A DNA stretch of 32,000 nucleotides from Patescibacteria group bacterium. Its GTDB lineage: Bacteria > Patescibacteriota > Patescibacteriia > 2-01-FULL-39-33. Made by a program: the position numbers and the translations under genes. Below are positions 1 through 8,091 of this stretch, one piece after another; the first letter of the stretch is position 1; the number at the start of each line of letters is the position of its first letter. The notes beneath the pieces are model-generated. The model did not search any database, had not been told where the DNA came from, and worked only from the letters and a program-made list of their open reading frames with translations. The stretch is taken from contig JBAZRV010000003.1 of NCBI GenBank assembly GCA_041662745.1, positions 60,001 to 92,000 of the forward strand. The letters are read 5' to 3'.

Positions 1-8
1 ACAGAAGG

Positions 9-33
9 CGTCCCTTGTCGGGACGTTTTTTTT
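9..33 (+). terminator. Rho-independent terminator of an off-window upstream + strand gene
   Basis: Stem cgtccc (9-14) / gggacg (20-25), 5-nt loop, then a T8 run (26-33). Confidence 0.75.
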
Positions 34-74
34 ATTTGGCATTATAATGTTTCTTGTTATTTTTACTCTCTCAT

Positions 75-278
75 GTCATTCCTGGCTTGACCAGGAATCC
101 AGGTTTTCCTGTCATCCTGAGGCGCACCTGCCTGCCGGTAGGCAGGGACGGGAATCCAGGTTATTTTTATCCGTCATTGCGAGCGAAGCCGTAATCGGCG
201 AAGAGCGGCAATCTTTCAGTGAACATAAATGTGGCCTTCAATATTGCTTCGTTCCGCTACGCTACACTCGCAATGACG
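75..278. repeat. Cluster of four short hairpin-forming GTCAT-type repeat units (three direct, one inverted)
   Basis: Unit 1 is 75-103 (gtcattcc..ggaatccagg, hairpin ttcctgg/ccaggaa at 79-97). Unit 2 is 111-160 (gtcatcctgagg..ggaatccagg) with inner hairpin cctgcct/aggcagg at 127-146. The 12-nt direct repeat ggaatccaggtt occurs at 94-105 and 151-162. Unit 3 starts with cgtcattgcgag (172-183) and its inverted copy ctcgcaatgacg lies at 267-278. Confidence 0.6.
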
Positions 279-338
279 AAAAGCAATTTGACTAAGTTAA
301 GATAAAATAGCTATAATATATTCATATTAAGCTATTTT

Positions 339-361
339 TCTCCCCCTTACGAAGGGGGAGA
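339..361 (+). promoter_or_regulatory. Stem-loop in the pheS 5' leader, downstream of a tataat box at 312-317
   Basis: tctccccc (339-346) pairs with gggggaga (354-361) around a 7-nt loop. No T-run follows. A purine-rich SD-like agagggag lies at 365-372, before the ATG at 386. Confidence 0.4.
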
Positions 362-385
362 TTAAGAGGGAGTTATAGAGAAACT

Positions 386-1444
386 ATGAAAGAAAAACTT
401 AGCCAATTAAAGGCGCAATTCACCGAAGAATCGGCAAAGGTCAAATCAGCCAAAGAGCTGGAGGAGCTGGAGAGTAGATTTTTGAGTCGTAAAAGCGGAC
501 TGCTGACCGGTATCATGAAGGAGATCAAGGATGTGGCCAAGGAAGAGGTGGCGGAAATCGGCGCTTTGGCTAACGAAACCAAGGAATATATCGTTGAGGG
601 ACTGGCAGCGCTTAAGGGCAATTTGGCCGGCGCCGGCTCTTTTAATTTTGATTTTACCGTGCCCGGCCATAAGCCGCCGGTCGGACATTTGCATTTATCA
701 ACCATTGCCATCCGCGAAATTGAAAGCATTTTAGAGCCGTTGGGGTTCAAGCGTGTTAGGCATCCTGATATTGAATGGGATTATTATGCTTTTGAAACCC
801 TGAATATGCCCGGAGATCATCCGGCGCGCGATGATTGGGAAACTTTTTTTATTGATGAAGCGCCGATTAAGATGAATTTGCCGGCTAATTCCAAAAAACT
901 GGTCAAAGAGGGGAGACGGCTGCTCACTCCGCACACTTCCAGCATTCAGGTGCGTGAAATGGAAAAAGGCGAACTGCCGATTCGGATGATGAATATTTCC
1001 AAATGCTATCGCCGGCAGATTGATGTTTCCCATGTGCCGATGTTCCATCAGTTTGAAGGACTGGTGATTGACAAGGGGATTAACATCACCCATTTGAAAG
1101 GCACGATTGATTATTTTGTTAAGAAATTTTTCGGCGAAGATCGGGTTATTCGTTTGCGTCCGCATCATTTCCAGTTTACCGAACCGAGTTTTGAGGTGGA
1201 TATTTCCTGCGGTTTGTGCAATGGCGCGGGTTGCAAGATGTGCAAAGAGGGCTGGCTGGAACTGGCTGGCGCCGGCATGGTGCACCCCAATGTCCTAAAA
1301 GCCGGAGGAATTGATCCGGAGAAGTATTCCGGGTTTGCTTTCGGTTGGGGTGTGGAGCGATGTTTCTCAATGAAATCGGGACTTAATATTGATGATTTGC
1401 GGTTGATGTATAAGAATGATTTGAGGTTTAATGAACAGTTTTAA
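386..1444 (+). CDS. pheS: Phenylalanine--tRNA ligase alpha subunit
   Basis: 352 aa. Class II motifs are present: YRRQIDVSHVPMFHQFEG (motif 2) and GFAFGWGVERC (motif 3). HPARD and the CGLCNGAGCKMCKEGW zinc knuckle are typical of bacterial PheS. Confidence 0.97.
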   Translation: MKEKLSQLKAQFTEESAKVKSAKELEELESRFLSRKSGLLTGIMKEIKDVAKEEVAEIGALANETKEYIVEGLAALKGNLAGAGSFNFDFTVPGHKPPVGHLHLSTIAIREIESILEPLGFKRVRHPDIEWDYYAFETLNMPGDHPARDDWETFFIDEAPIKMNLPANSKKLVKEGRRLLTPHTSSIQVREMEKGELPIRMMNISKCYRRQIDVSHVPMFHQFEGLVIDKGINITHLKGTIDYFVKKFFGEDRVIRLRPHHFQFTEPSFEVDISCGLCNGAGCKMCKEGWLELAGAGMVHPNVLKAGGIDPEKYSGFAFGWGVERCFSMKSGLNIDDLRLMYKNDLRFNEQF

Positions 1445-1468
1445 GATTAATATCATAATTAGTATTAT

Positions 1469-2017
1469 ATGGGTAACCAAATTAAAAACAACAAATTAAA
1501 ATATCTATTTTGGCTATCAAGTATAGCCATAATATTTTGGATAATTTTTGGTCTCGGCTTGCAAAGGGATTATAAGAACTGCGGTAGTGCAATCTCTAAA
1601 ATTTCCTTTTTTGGAATAGTTTTGTATGAGTACGATAATCCGTGTCCTGTTACAAATACAAAAACACCAGAATTAAGTGACTTAGATATATTTTCGATAG
1701 AAATTAATAGGCATCCAAATTTGAGAGGATTTCCATTTTCTGAAGTTGTAGATTTTTCTCGTTTTGATAAAAGTAATTTGAAAGCTATTTGGATGATTAT
1801 ATCATTTGTTTCATTATTGAATTTGATTTTTTATTTTGTTTTTTTTCAAATACTATTTAAAATTTTAGATAAGGTTAGTAACAATTATAGAAAAATAGTT
1901 TTTATAATTTTGATGATTACGATTTCTCTTATATTTTTAATTATATCATCTATAAATGCCAAATATTCTTTAAGTTATTTAACTTTCTATTCAATTTTAA
2001 CAATTTTTAAATTGTAG
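1469..2017 (+). CDS. Hypothetical polytopic membrane protein in a strongly AT-rich segment
   Basis: A 182-aa ORF stays open through very AT-rich DNA, where stop codons should be frequent. It has several long hydrophobic stretches (LFWLSSIAIIFWIIFGLGL, AIWMIISFVSLLNLIFYFVFF, IVFIILMITISLIFLIISSI). No SD and no recognisable family. Confidence 0.6.
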   Translation: MGNQIKNNKLKYLFWLSSIAIIFWIIFGLGLQRDYKNCGSAISKISFFGIVLYEYDNPCPVTNTKTPELSDLDIFSIEINRHPNLRGFPFSEVVDFSRFDKSNLKAIWMIISFVSLLNLIFYFVFFQILFKILDKVSNNYRKIVFIILMITISLIFLIISSINAKYSLSYLTFYSILTIFKL

Positions 2018-2061
2018 GCTTTTTATAAATCTAAATATTTCAATAACCGACTGAAGTCGCT

Positions 2062-2577
2062 ATGATTAAACCCCTCAAGCAATCAACATACGAAACTTGT
2101 TTGACCTGTTGTTTATTAATGCTTGCAGGAAAAAGCAGAAAAGATGAAATTGAAATTTGGAAGCATGGCTGGAAATTCAATTATCTAATCGGCCAGATTA
2201 ATTTTGTTAGCAGCAAATACAATAAAAAGGTAACCGCTTATATTGAGAATAAGTATTATTTTAATGAACTGAAAAACCAAGGCGGTAAAAATGTCAGATT
2301 AATTAACAGCAAAATTAACTTAAAGCTGATTAATAAGCTTTTAGAGGAGGGGAGTGTCGGGGTTTATTGTGATGCTTACTATCCTTTTGCCGCCCATTCC
2401 GGTTATGTCCATGCTCCGCACTTTATAGTATGTTTAAGCAGGGATGGGGATTTTATGGAATTAGCCGATCCCTGGGATGGCCAGATCAAAAAGTGGCCGG
2501 TCAAAGAAATCAACAAGGCGATAATCAGTTTACGTAATCATTTAAAGTATAGCCCAGTTTTGATAACAATTAATTAA
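2062..2577 (+). CDS. Stand-alone papain-like cysteine peptidase, C39-like (bacteriocin-processing peptidase fold)
   Basis: 171 aa. Q7-x5-C13 (KQSTYETCLTCCLLML) matches the Gln/Cys spacing of the C39 family. HAPHFIVCLSRDGDFMELADPWDG matches the HfvV...DP..G His/Asp block. Confidence 0.6.
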   Translation: MIKPLKQSTYETCLTCCLLMLAGKSRKDEIEIWKHGWKFNYLIGQINFVSSKYNKKVTAYIENKYYFNELKNQGGKNVRLINSKINLKLINKLLEEGSVGVYCDAYYPFAAHSGYVHAPHFIVCLSRDGDFMELADPWDGQIKKWPVKEINKAIISLRNHLKYSPVLITIN

Positions 2578-2580
2578 TAT

Positions 2581-4953
2581 ATGAATTTAAATATCTCTTA
2601 CAACTGGCTAAAGTCGTATGTCAAAACCAGTTTGACACCGCAAGAATTTGCTAAACGGATCTCGCTTTCCGGACCATCGGTTGACCGCATTAATGCCATC
2701 AAACCGAATTTCAGCAAGGTAGTCGTCGGGCAAATCAAAAAAATAGAACAGCATCCCAATGCCGACAAGCTTCATGTTTGCAAGGTTAATATTGGCAAAG
2801 AAGAATTGCAAATAGTTTGTGGCGCGCCAAATATTAAAGAAGGTCAAAAAGTGCCGGTAGTTTTGGTTGGCGGTCAAGTCGGTGAGTTTGAAATCAAAGA
2901 AGCCAAATTAAGAGGCGTAGAAAGCTTTGGTATGATGTGCTCTCAAAAAGAATTAGGGTTAGGCGAGGATCACACCGGAATTTATATTTTGCCGGCAGAT
3001 GCCAAAGTTGGCGAGCCGTTAGAGAAAATCATGCCCATGGATGATGCGATTTTGGATATTGAAATCACTTCCAACCGCCCGGATGCCATGAGCGTTATCG
3101 GCATCGCCAGAGAAGCGTCAGCAATTTTGGACGCTAAGTTTTTATATCAAGCCCCTAAGCCTAATTTGGCTGTCAAAGGCGGTAAAAAGGATTTAAAGAT
3201 TAAGGTGGCTGAAGAAAAATTTTGCCCTCGGTATTCCGCTATTGTTATGGGGGAAGTCAAAGTTGAGGCCTCGCCCTTATGGATGCAACAGCGGCTGCTC
3301 GCTTCCGGCTTGCGTCCGATCAATAATCTGGTGGATATCACTAATTATATTTTATTGGAATACGGCCAGCCGATGCATGTGTTTGATTATGATAAATTAT
3401 CAGGCGCGGAGATTAATGTCCGCAAAGCCAAAAAAGGCGAGAAGATTTTGGCGCTGGACGGCAAGGAATATGAATTGTTAACTGATCAATTGGTGATTGC
3501 GGATGCTAAGGTCCCGGTCGCTGTCGCCGGTGTCATGGGCGGAGAATTGTCGGCCGCCACAACAGAAACCAAAACCATTGTGTTTGAATGCGCTAATTTT
3601 AATCCGGTTTCAGTCAGGAAGACTTCCAGAGCCCTGAATTTGCGTTCTGAGAGCTCGGCGCTTTATGAGAAGGGAATCAGTCCGGAAAATGTTATCGCCT
3701 CAATGTTGCGCGCCATAGAGCTGGCGCAGGAATTGTGCGGCGCCAAAATCGCCGGTAGATTAATTGATGAGAAGTCATATAAAATTAAAGATAAGGAAAT
3801 TGTTTTGGATTTGGATAGTGTTAATTCCGCTTTGGGTGTTAAAATCAAACCAGCAGAAATCAAAAAGAATTTAGAAGCTTTAGGTTTTAAAGTTTCTTCC
3901 ACCAAGTCCAAGCGCGATGAATTTATGGTGGTTGTGCCGTGGTGGCGGGAAAATGATATTGACGGCCAGCATGATTTAATTGAGGAAATCGCTCGCATGC
4001 ACGGTTATTATAATCTGCCAACTGAGCTTATGTCTGGCGCTTTGCCAAAAGCCGCCAGCAGCATTAATTTTGGTTTAGAAGATAAAATCAAGGATGTTTT
4101 GGTTGGTTTTGGTTTAACCGAAGTTTATACTTACTCTTTCATCTCTGAAAAACAAATAACCGCCTGCGGTTTAAAGCCGGAGGATCATATTAAAATCGCC
4201 AATCCCTTAAGTGTTGATTTTGAGTACATGCGGATTTCACTCTTGCCGGGAGTTTTGCAAATTATTGCTGAAAACGAAGGTTTTTATCCGGCTGGAAAAT
4301 TGTTTGATTTCAGCCAGGTTTATTTGCCGTTAGGCGCAAACGATTTAGCCGATGAAAAATTTAAATTATTAATCGCTTGCTATGGCGCTGAAATCAATAA
4401 AGTCGCCGGTGATGTCAGGGGATTATTGGATGGTTTAATGCAACGGCTTTATATTTCCGGTTTGGTTTTTAAAAATACTGCTGATGGCTCAGAGATTTAT
4501 GTTGGTGATAATAAATTGGGCGAGATCAAAGTCATTAATAATAAAATTTTATCCGCTTTCGGCATTAAGAAAGCAGTAACAATCGTAGAATTGGATTTTG
4601 AAGCTGTTAGTAAATCAGCCAAGTCCGCGCCGACTTACCAGCCGATTCCTAAATTTCCGGCGATTGAACTAGACTTGTCAATGGAAATTGATAATGTCGT
4701 GACTTTTGCCGAGGTGGCTAATATCGCGACTGACGCCGGCCTGCCTGCCGGTCAGGCAGGCGCGCCATTGGTAGAGAGAGTTGATTTTTTATCAGTATAC
4801 AGAGGTAATGATTTGCCGGAAGGTAAAAAAGCTTTAGCGATTAGAATCGTTTATCGTGACTTGAACAAGACGCTGGAATTAGCTGAAGCGCAAAAAGCGC
4901 ATGATAAAGTTGTAGCGGAATTAAAAAAGAGTTATAATATAAGTGTAAGATAA
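2581..4953 (+). CDS. pheT: Phenylalanine--tRNA ligase beta subunit
   Basis: 790 aa. N-terminal tRNA-binding domain (HPNADKLHVCKVNIG), then B3/4 and B5 regions, and a C-terminal FDX-ACB-like end (VDFLSVYRG). It starts 4 nt after the preceding stop. Confidence 0.97.
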   Translation: MNLNISYNWLKSYVKTSLTPQEFAKRISLSGPSVDRINAIKPNFSKVVVGQIKKIEQHPNADKLHVCKVNIGKEELQIVCGAPNIKEGQKVPVVLVGGQVGEFEIKEAKLRGVESFGMMCSQKELGLGEDHTGIYILPADAKVGEPLEKIMPMDDAILDIEITSNRPDAMSVIGIAREASAILDAKFLYQAPKPNLAVKGGKKDLKIKVAEEKFCPRYSAIVMGEVKVEASPLWMQQRLLASGLRPINNLVDITNYILLEYGQPMHVFDYDKLSGAEINVRKAKKGEKILALDGKEYELLTDQLVIADAKVPVAVAGVMGGELSAATTETKTIVFECANFNPVSVRKTSRALNLRSESSALYEKGISPENVIASMLRAIELAQELCGAKIAGRLIDEKSYKIKDKEIVLDLDSVNSALGVKIKPAEIKKNLEALGFKVSSTKSKRDEFMVVVPWWRENDIDGQHDLIEEIARMHGYYNLPTELMSGALPKAASSINFGLEDKIKDVLVGFGLTEVYTYSFISEKQITACGLKPEDHIKIANPLSVDFEYMRISLLPGVLQIIAENEGFYPAGKLFDFSQVYLPLGANDLADEKFKLLIACYGAEINKVAGDVRGLLDGLMQRLYISGLVFKNTADGSEIYVGDNKLGEIKVINNKILSAFGIKKAVTIVELDFEAVSKSAKSAPTYQPIPKFPAIELDLSMEIDNVVTFAEVANIATDAGLPAGQAGAPLVERVDFLSVYRGNDLPEGKKALAIRIVYRDLNKTLELAEAQKAHDKVVAELKKSYNISVR
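4740..4760. repeat. GC-rich perfect hairpin inside the pheT coding sequence, related to the hairpin at 127-146
   Basis: cctgcctg (4740-4747) / caggcagg (4753-4760) with loop ccggt. The copy at 127-146 is cctgcctgccggtaggcagg. The pheT copy is translated in frame as LPAGQAG. Confidence 0.8.
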
Positions 4954-4968
4954 AATAATTATATTCCC

Positions 4969-5277
4969 ATGCTTGTCACATCAAAAGACCTATTCTGGGT
5001 CGTGTTATCGTTTGTTATTCTCTTTGGCGGTATTTGCACCAGCTTCGCTATTTTTTACTTCGCCATGATTCTACGCGACGGCTGGTACATCACCAAGGCC
5101 ATCAGGCGCAAGGTGGAAGCGGTAGAAAAAGTCATGACCGCTTTCAAGTCTAAAGTGGAAAACACCGCCAGCTATGTGCCGCCGTTAATTGACGGCGTGT
5201 CCAAATTGGTTGAAGCCATAGCCGAAAAGAAAAGATCTTCGGCCGCCAAAACCGGCAAAAAATCAAAAAGAAAGTAA
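4969..5277 (+). CDS. Hypothetical small membrane-anchored protein with a Lys-rich C-terminus
   Basis: 102 aa with one N-terminal hydrophobic helix pair (FWVVLSFVILFGGICTSFAIFYFAMIL), a helical region and a KKRSSAAKTGKKSKRK tail. Confidence 0.6.
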   Translation: MLVTSKDLFWVVLSFVILFGGICTSFAIFYFAMILRDGWYITKAIRRKVEAVEKVMTAFKSKVENTASYVPPLIDGVSKLVEAIAEKKRSSAAKTGKKSKRK

Positions 5278-5288
5278 AACATTACAAT

Positions 5289-5519
5289 ATGCTGTCAACA
5301 ATCGCTTTGATGCCGATTTTCGGCTATCCGGCCATCATGTATGGCGGAATTATTACTTTCATTCTTTTCCTCCTTGTTGCTTTCATGGGTTATCGAATAA
5401 ATAAAGGAAAATGCCGTTTACCTAATCCAATTAAATGGCATCAGACTATAGCGCTTCTGGCGTTAATTCTGGCCGTAATCCACGGCATCCTGGGGTTATC
5501 TATCATGGTAGGATTCTAA
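5289..5519 (+). CDS. Hypothetical small membrane protein (2-3 TM)
   Basis: 76 aa, mostly hydrophobic. A terminator follows directly. Confidence 0.6.
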   Translation: MLSTIALMPIFGYPAIMYGGIITFILFLLVAFMGYRINKGKCRLPNPIKWHQTIALLALILAVIHGILGLSIMVGF

Positions 5520-5529
5520 AGATAAAAAT

Positions 5530-5556
5530 AGCCGGCCTTTGCCGGTTATTTTTTTG
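5530..5556 (+). terminator. Rho-independent terminator
   Basis: Stem agccggc (5530-5536) / gccggtt (5541-5547), loop cttt, then a T-rich run. Confidence 0.7.
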
Positions 5557-5646
5557 TTATTGACTTTTTATTGATTTTTTAGTATCATAAGCAATCGTAC
5601 CTTTAAATCGTTTATTCATTAAGACTATTATAAAGGAGAATTAATA

Positions 5647-6189
5647 ATGAAGATTATCAGATGGTATTCCGGCAATACCAGATTTGTCTTAGTGATTGGT
5701 TTTTTGGCTTTTAAGTTTGCCAAAATCAATCTGTTTATGGCTTTAAAATGCGAATTCAGGCAATTATTTACGAACAGTCATAATGTGAGACGCTTAGTGA
5801 AGAAATATGGTTATGTATGCCCGGTATCGCCACTTTATTGGCTGCTCCGCGGAATCACAGCCAATTGGCTGGAATGGCGTTATTATCGGCGCACGCGCTT
5901 ACCGATTCTTGCTCCAACCTATTTGTCGCTTGGCTTAGTAAATATCCAGGCGGCCGGCGTTTATCCGCAAGTAACCGAAAAATATTTTAGAAGCCAAATC
6001 AGCGCCATCATCGGCCATGATGAGAATAATGATGAAGATATCCATGCCGATCCACACACTCTTCGTCAAATGGAAAACTACATCGTCTTTAACGGCAGAC
6101 TGAAGATCATTGATTATGGATCACCAAAATCCTGGACGTTTTTGGAGAAATGGGGAAAAAAGATATTTGATGAATTTATCGCTCTGTAA
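5647..6189 (+). CDS. Hypothetical protein with protein-kinase-like (Bud32/RIO/Kdo-type) motif remnants
   Basis: 180 aa with SD aaaggaga just upstream. IHADPHTLRQMENYIVFNGRLKIIDYG resembles an HxD...N catalytic loop plus a DFG-like IDYG. LAFKFAKI could carry the beta3 Lys and NWLEWRYY the alphaC Glu. Confidence 0.35.
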   Translation: MKIIRWYSGNTRFVLVIGFLAFKFAKINLFMALKCEFRQLFTNSHNVRRLVKKYGYVCPVSPLYWLLRGITANWLEWRYYRRTRLPILAPTYLSLGLVNIQAAGVYPQVTEKYFRSQISAIIGHDENNDEDIHADPHTLRQMENYIVFNGRLKIIDYGSPKSWTFLEKWGKKIFDEFIAL

Positions 6190-6200
6190 TCCAGCCACTT

Positions 6201-6230
6201 AAGCCACGCTTAGTCGTGGCTTTTATATTT
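6201..6230 (+). terminator. Rho-independent terminator
   Basis: Stem aagccacg (6201-6208) / cgtggctt (6215-6222), 6-nt loop, then ttttatattt. Confidence 0.75.
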
Positions 6231-6266
6231 GCTATTTTTTGCTGATTTTCGTATAATATAAGCATT

Positions 6267-6593
6267 ATGAAGATGGAAAACGAGCCGGTAAATTCGGTTT
6301 TAAACGAGCCGGGATTTCAGGAATTCATCAGGAATCGCAAGATTCAAGAAGCGGACTTTCCGCTTTTGGAGGAACTGGCGGAAATTCCCAAAGATTTGCT
6401 ATTTGTTGAATTGCATAATTTTTTTAATTCTAATCGAGAAAGAAGCGCCGAGGAATTAGAGCGCCAGCTTTTGACTATGGAAGACGGTGGCAAGAAGCGT
6501 TATTTTGAGTTACTGTTGCGTTTTACCCGGGCTTATGACTGGACAGCTTGTTATAATTTAGAAAGAGTTTTAGAAAGAAGATATGAAAATTAA
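6267..6593 (+). CDS. Hypothetical acidic helical protein
   Basis: 108-aa ORF whose 3' end overlaps the lysS start by 11 nt. A tataat box at 6252-6257 lies only 9 nt before the ATG. No recognisable family. Confidence 0.5.
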   Translation: MKMENEPVNSVLNEPGFQEFIRNRKIQEADFPLLEELAEIPKDLLFVELHNFFNSNRERSAEELERQLLTMEDGGKKRYFELLLRFTRAYDWTACYNLERVLERRYEN

Positions 6594-8088
6594 AAATATG
6601 CCCCAACAATCAGAAGCTAATCCTTTGGATGAGAAAGTAATGCGTTTAAAACGTCTTGCTGACATTAAGTCGTCCGGTGTCAATCCGTATCCGGAAAAAT
6701 TTGATAAATTACAAAGCCTGGCCGAGGCCAAAGCCGGCAAAGAGGGGACTAAGGTCAAGACAGCCGGCCGAATTATGACTATCAGAAGCATGGGCAAGAT
6801 TGCTTTTTGCCATTTGTCCGATTGGAGCGGCAAATGCCAGGCCGTATTGAACATTACCGAAATCGGAGAGGAAAAATTGCAATGGTTCAAGGACTACGTG
6901 GATAGGGGTGATTTTATCGGCGTTTCCGGCGAAATTTTTACTACTAAGGCCGGAGAGATTTCCATTTTAGTCAAAGAATATGAATTCTTGGGTAAGGCGC
7001 TTTTGCCGTTGCCGGAAAAGTTCCATGGCCTGAAGGATACGGACACGATTTATCGCCAGAGATACTTGGATTTGATCGTCAATAATGAGGCCAAAAAACG
7101 TTTCCAATTCCGTTCGGATTTTATCCGCGCTATTCGCGAGTTTTATTGGCAGGAAGGGTTTATGGAAGTGGAAACTCCAACTTTGTTGCATCAAGCGACC
7201 GGAGCGACGGCTACTCCCTATGATACGCACAATAATGCCCTGGATGTGGATTTGGTTTTGCGGATTTCCCACGAATTACCGCTGAAGGAGTTGATTGTCG
7301 GCGGCATGGAAAAGATTTTTGAGTTGGGCAAAGCTTTCCGCAACGAGGGAGTTGACCCCTCGCATCTGCCCGAGCATACGCTTTTGGAACATTATGCGGC
7401 TTATTGGAATTTTGAAGATAATATCAAATATACCGAAAAGATGTTTGATCATTTGTTTGATAAGTTAAAATTGCAGAAAGTTTTGGAGGTAGAGGATCGC
7501 GAAGGCCAAAAACAAAAAGTTGATTTTACCACGCCTTGGCAGCGGGTTGATTTTATTGAGATGATCAAAGTTGATACCGGCATTGATATTACTGAATTTG
7601 ACGAGGCCGCAGAATTATTAAAAGAAATCAAAAAGAAGAAAATAGAATTTGAAGATATGGATGGGATGAGTTTGACGGGATTAGTGGATAATTTATATAA
7701 GAAAGTCAGTCGCTCAAAAATCGTCGGCCCGGTGATTCTTTATCATTACCCCAAATATATGCAGCCGTTGGCGCGCGTTAATGATAAAGACAAGAATATT
7801 GTTGATCAGTTCCAACTCATAGTCAACGGCTGGGAAATGCTCAAGGCCTATTCCGAATTGGTTGATCCCACAGATCAGAAAGAACGTTTTGAAGCGCAAA
7901 GAAAGGCCAAAATCAAAGGCGAAGGCGAAGTGATGGAGGGTGATGATGAGTTTATTACCGCTCTGGAGCATGGCGCGCCGCCGATCTCCGGCTGGGGCAT
8001 GGGCATTGACCGCACCGTGGCCATTTTGACCGGCCAAAGCAATTTGCGGGATGTAGTGCTGTTTCCGTTATTAAGACCGAAGGAATAA
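6583..8088 (+). CDS. lysS: Lysine--tRNA ligase, class II
   Basis: 501 aa. FRNEGVDPSHLPEHTLLEHY (motif 2), GWGMGIDRTVAIL (motif 3) and an N-terminal OB anticodon-binding region. An alternative start at 6598 is possible. Confidence 0.96.
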   Translation: MKIKNMPQQSEANPLDEKVMRLKRLADIKSSGVNPYPEKFDKLQSLAEAKAGKEGTKVKTAGRIMTIRSMGKIAFCHLSDWSGKCQAVLNITEIGEEKLQWFKDYVDRGDFIGVSGEIFTTKAGEISILVKEYEFLGKALLPLPEKFHGLKDTDTIYRQRYLDLIVNNEAKKRFQFRSDFIRAIREFYWQEGFMEVETPTLLHQATGATATPYDTHNNALDVDLVLRISHELPLKELIVGGMEKIFELGKAFRNEGVDPSHLPEHTLLEHYAAYWNFEDNIKYTEKMFDHLFDKLKLQKVLEVEDREGQKQKVDFTTPWQRVDFIEMIKVDTGIDITEFDEAAELLKEIKKKKIEFEDMDGMSLTGLVDNLYKKVSRSKIVGPVILYHYPKYMQPLARVNDKDKNIVDQFQLIVNGWEMLKAYSELVDPTDQKERFEAQRKAKIKGEGEVMEGDDEFITALEHGAPPISGWGMGIDRTVAILTGQSNLRDVVLFPLLRPKE

Positions 8089-8091
8089 GAT

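Noticed and set aside
47-295. 82-aa plus-strand ORF upstream of pheS
   Set aside because: It is composed entirely of the tandem and inverted GTCAT-type hairpin repeats. It has no SD and lies between a terminator and the pheS promoter. It is best explained as read-through of repeat DNA rather than a gene.
731-1285. 184-aa minus-strand ORF, plus other long antisense ORFs (8380-8910, 7875-8279, 10033-10425, 15474-15893, 24867-25286, 28015-28413, 29996-30412, 30437-30775)
   Set aside because: Each lies fully inside, and antisense to, a confidently identified conserved gene (pheS, PPIase, lysS, serS, gltX, rplU, secD, gap). Their translations are low-complexity or compositionally odd, so they are shadow ORFs.
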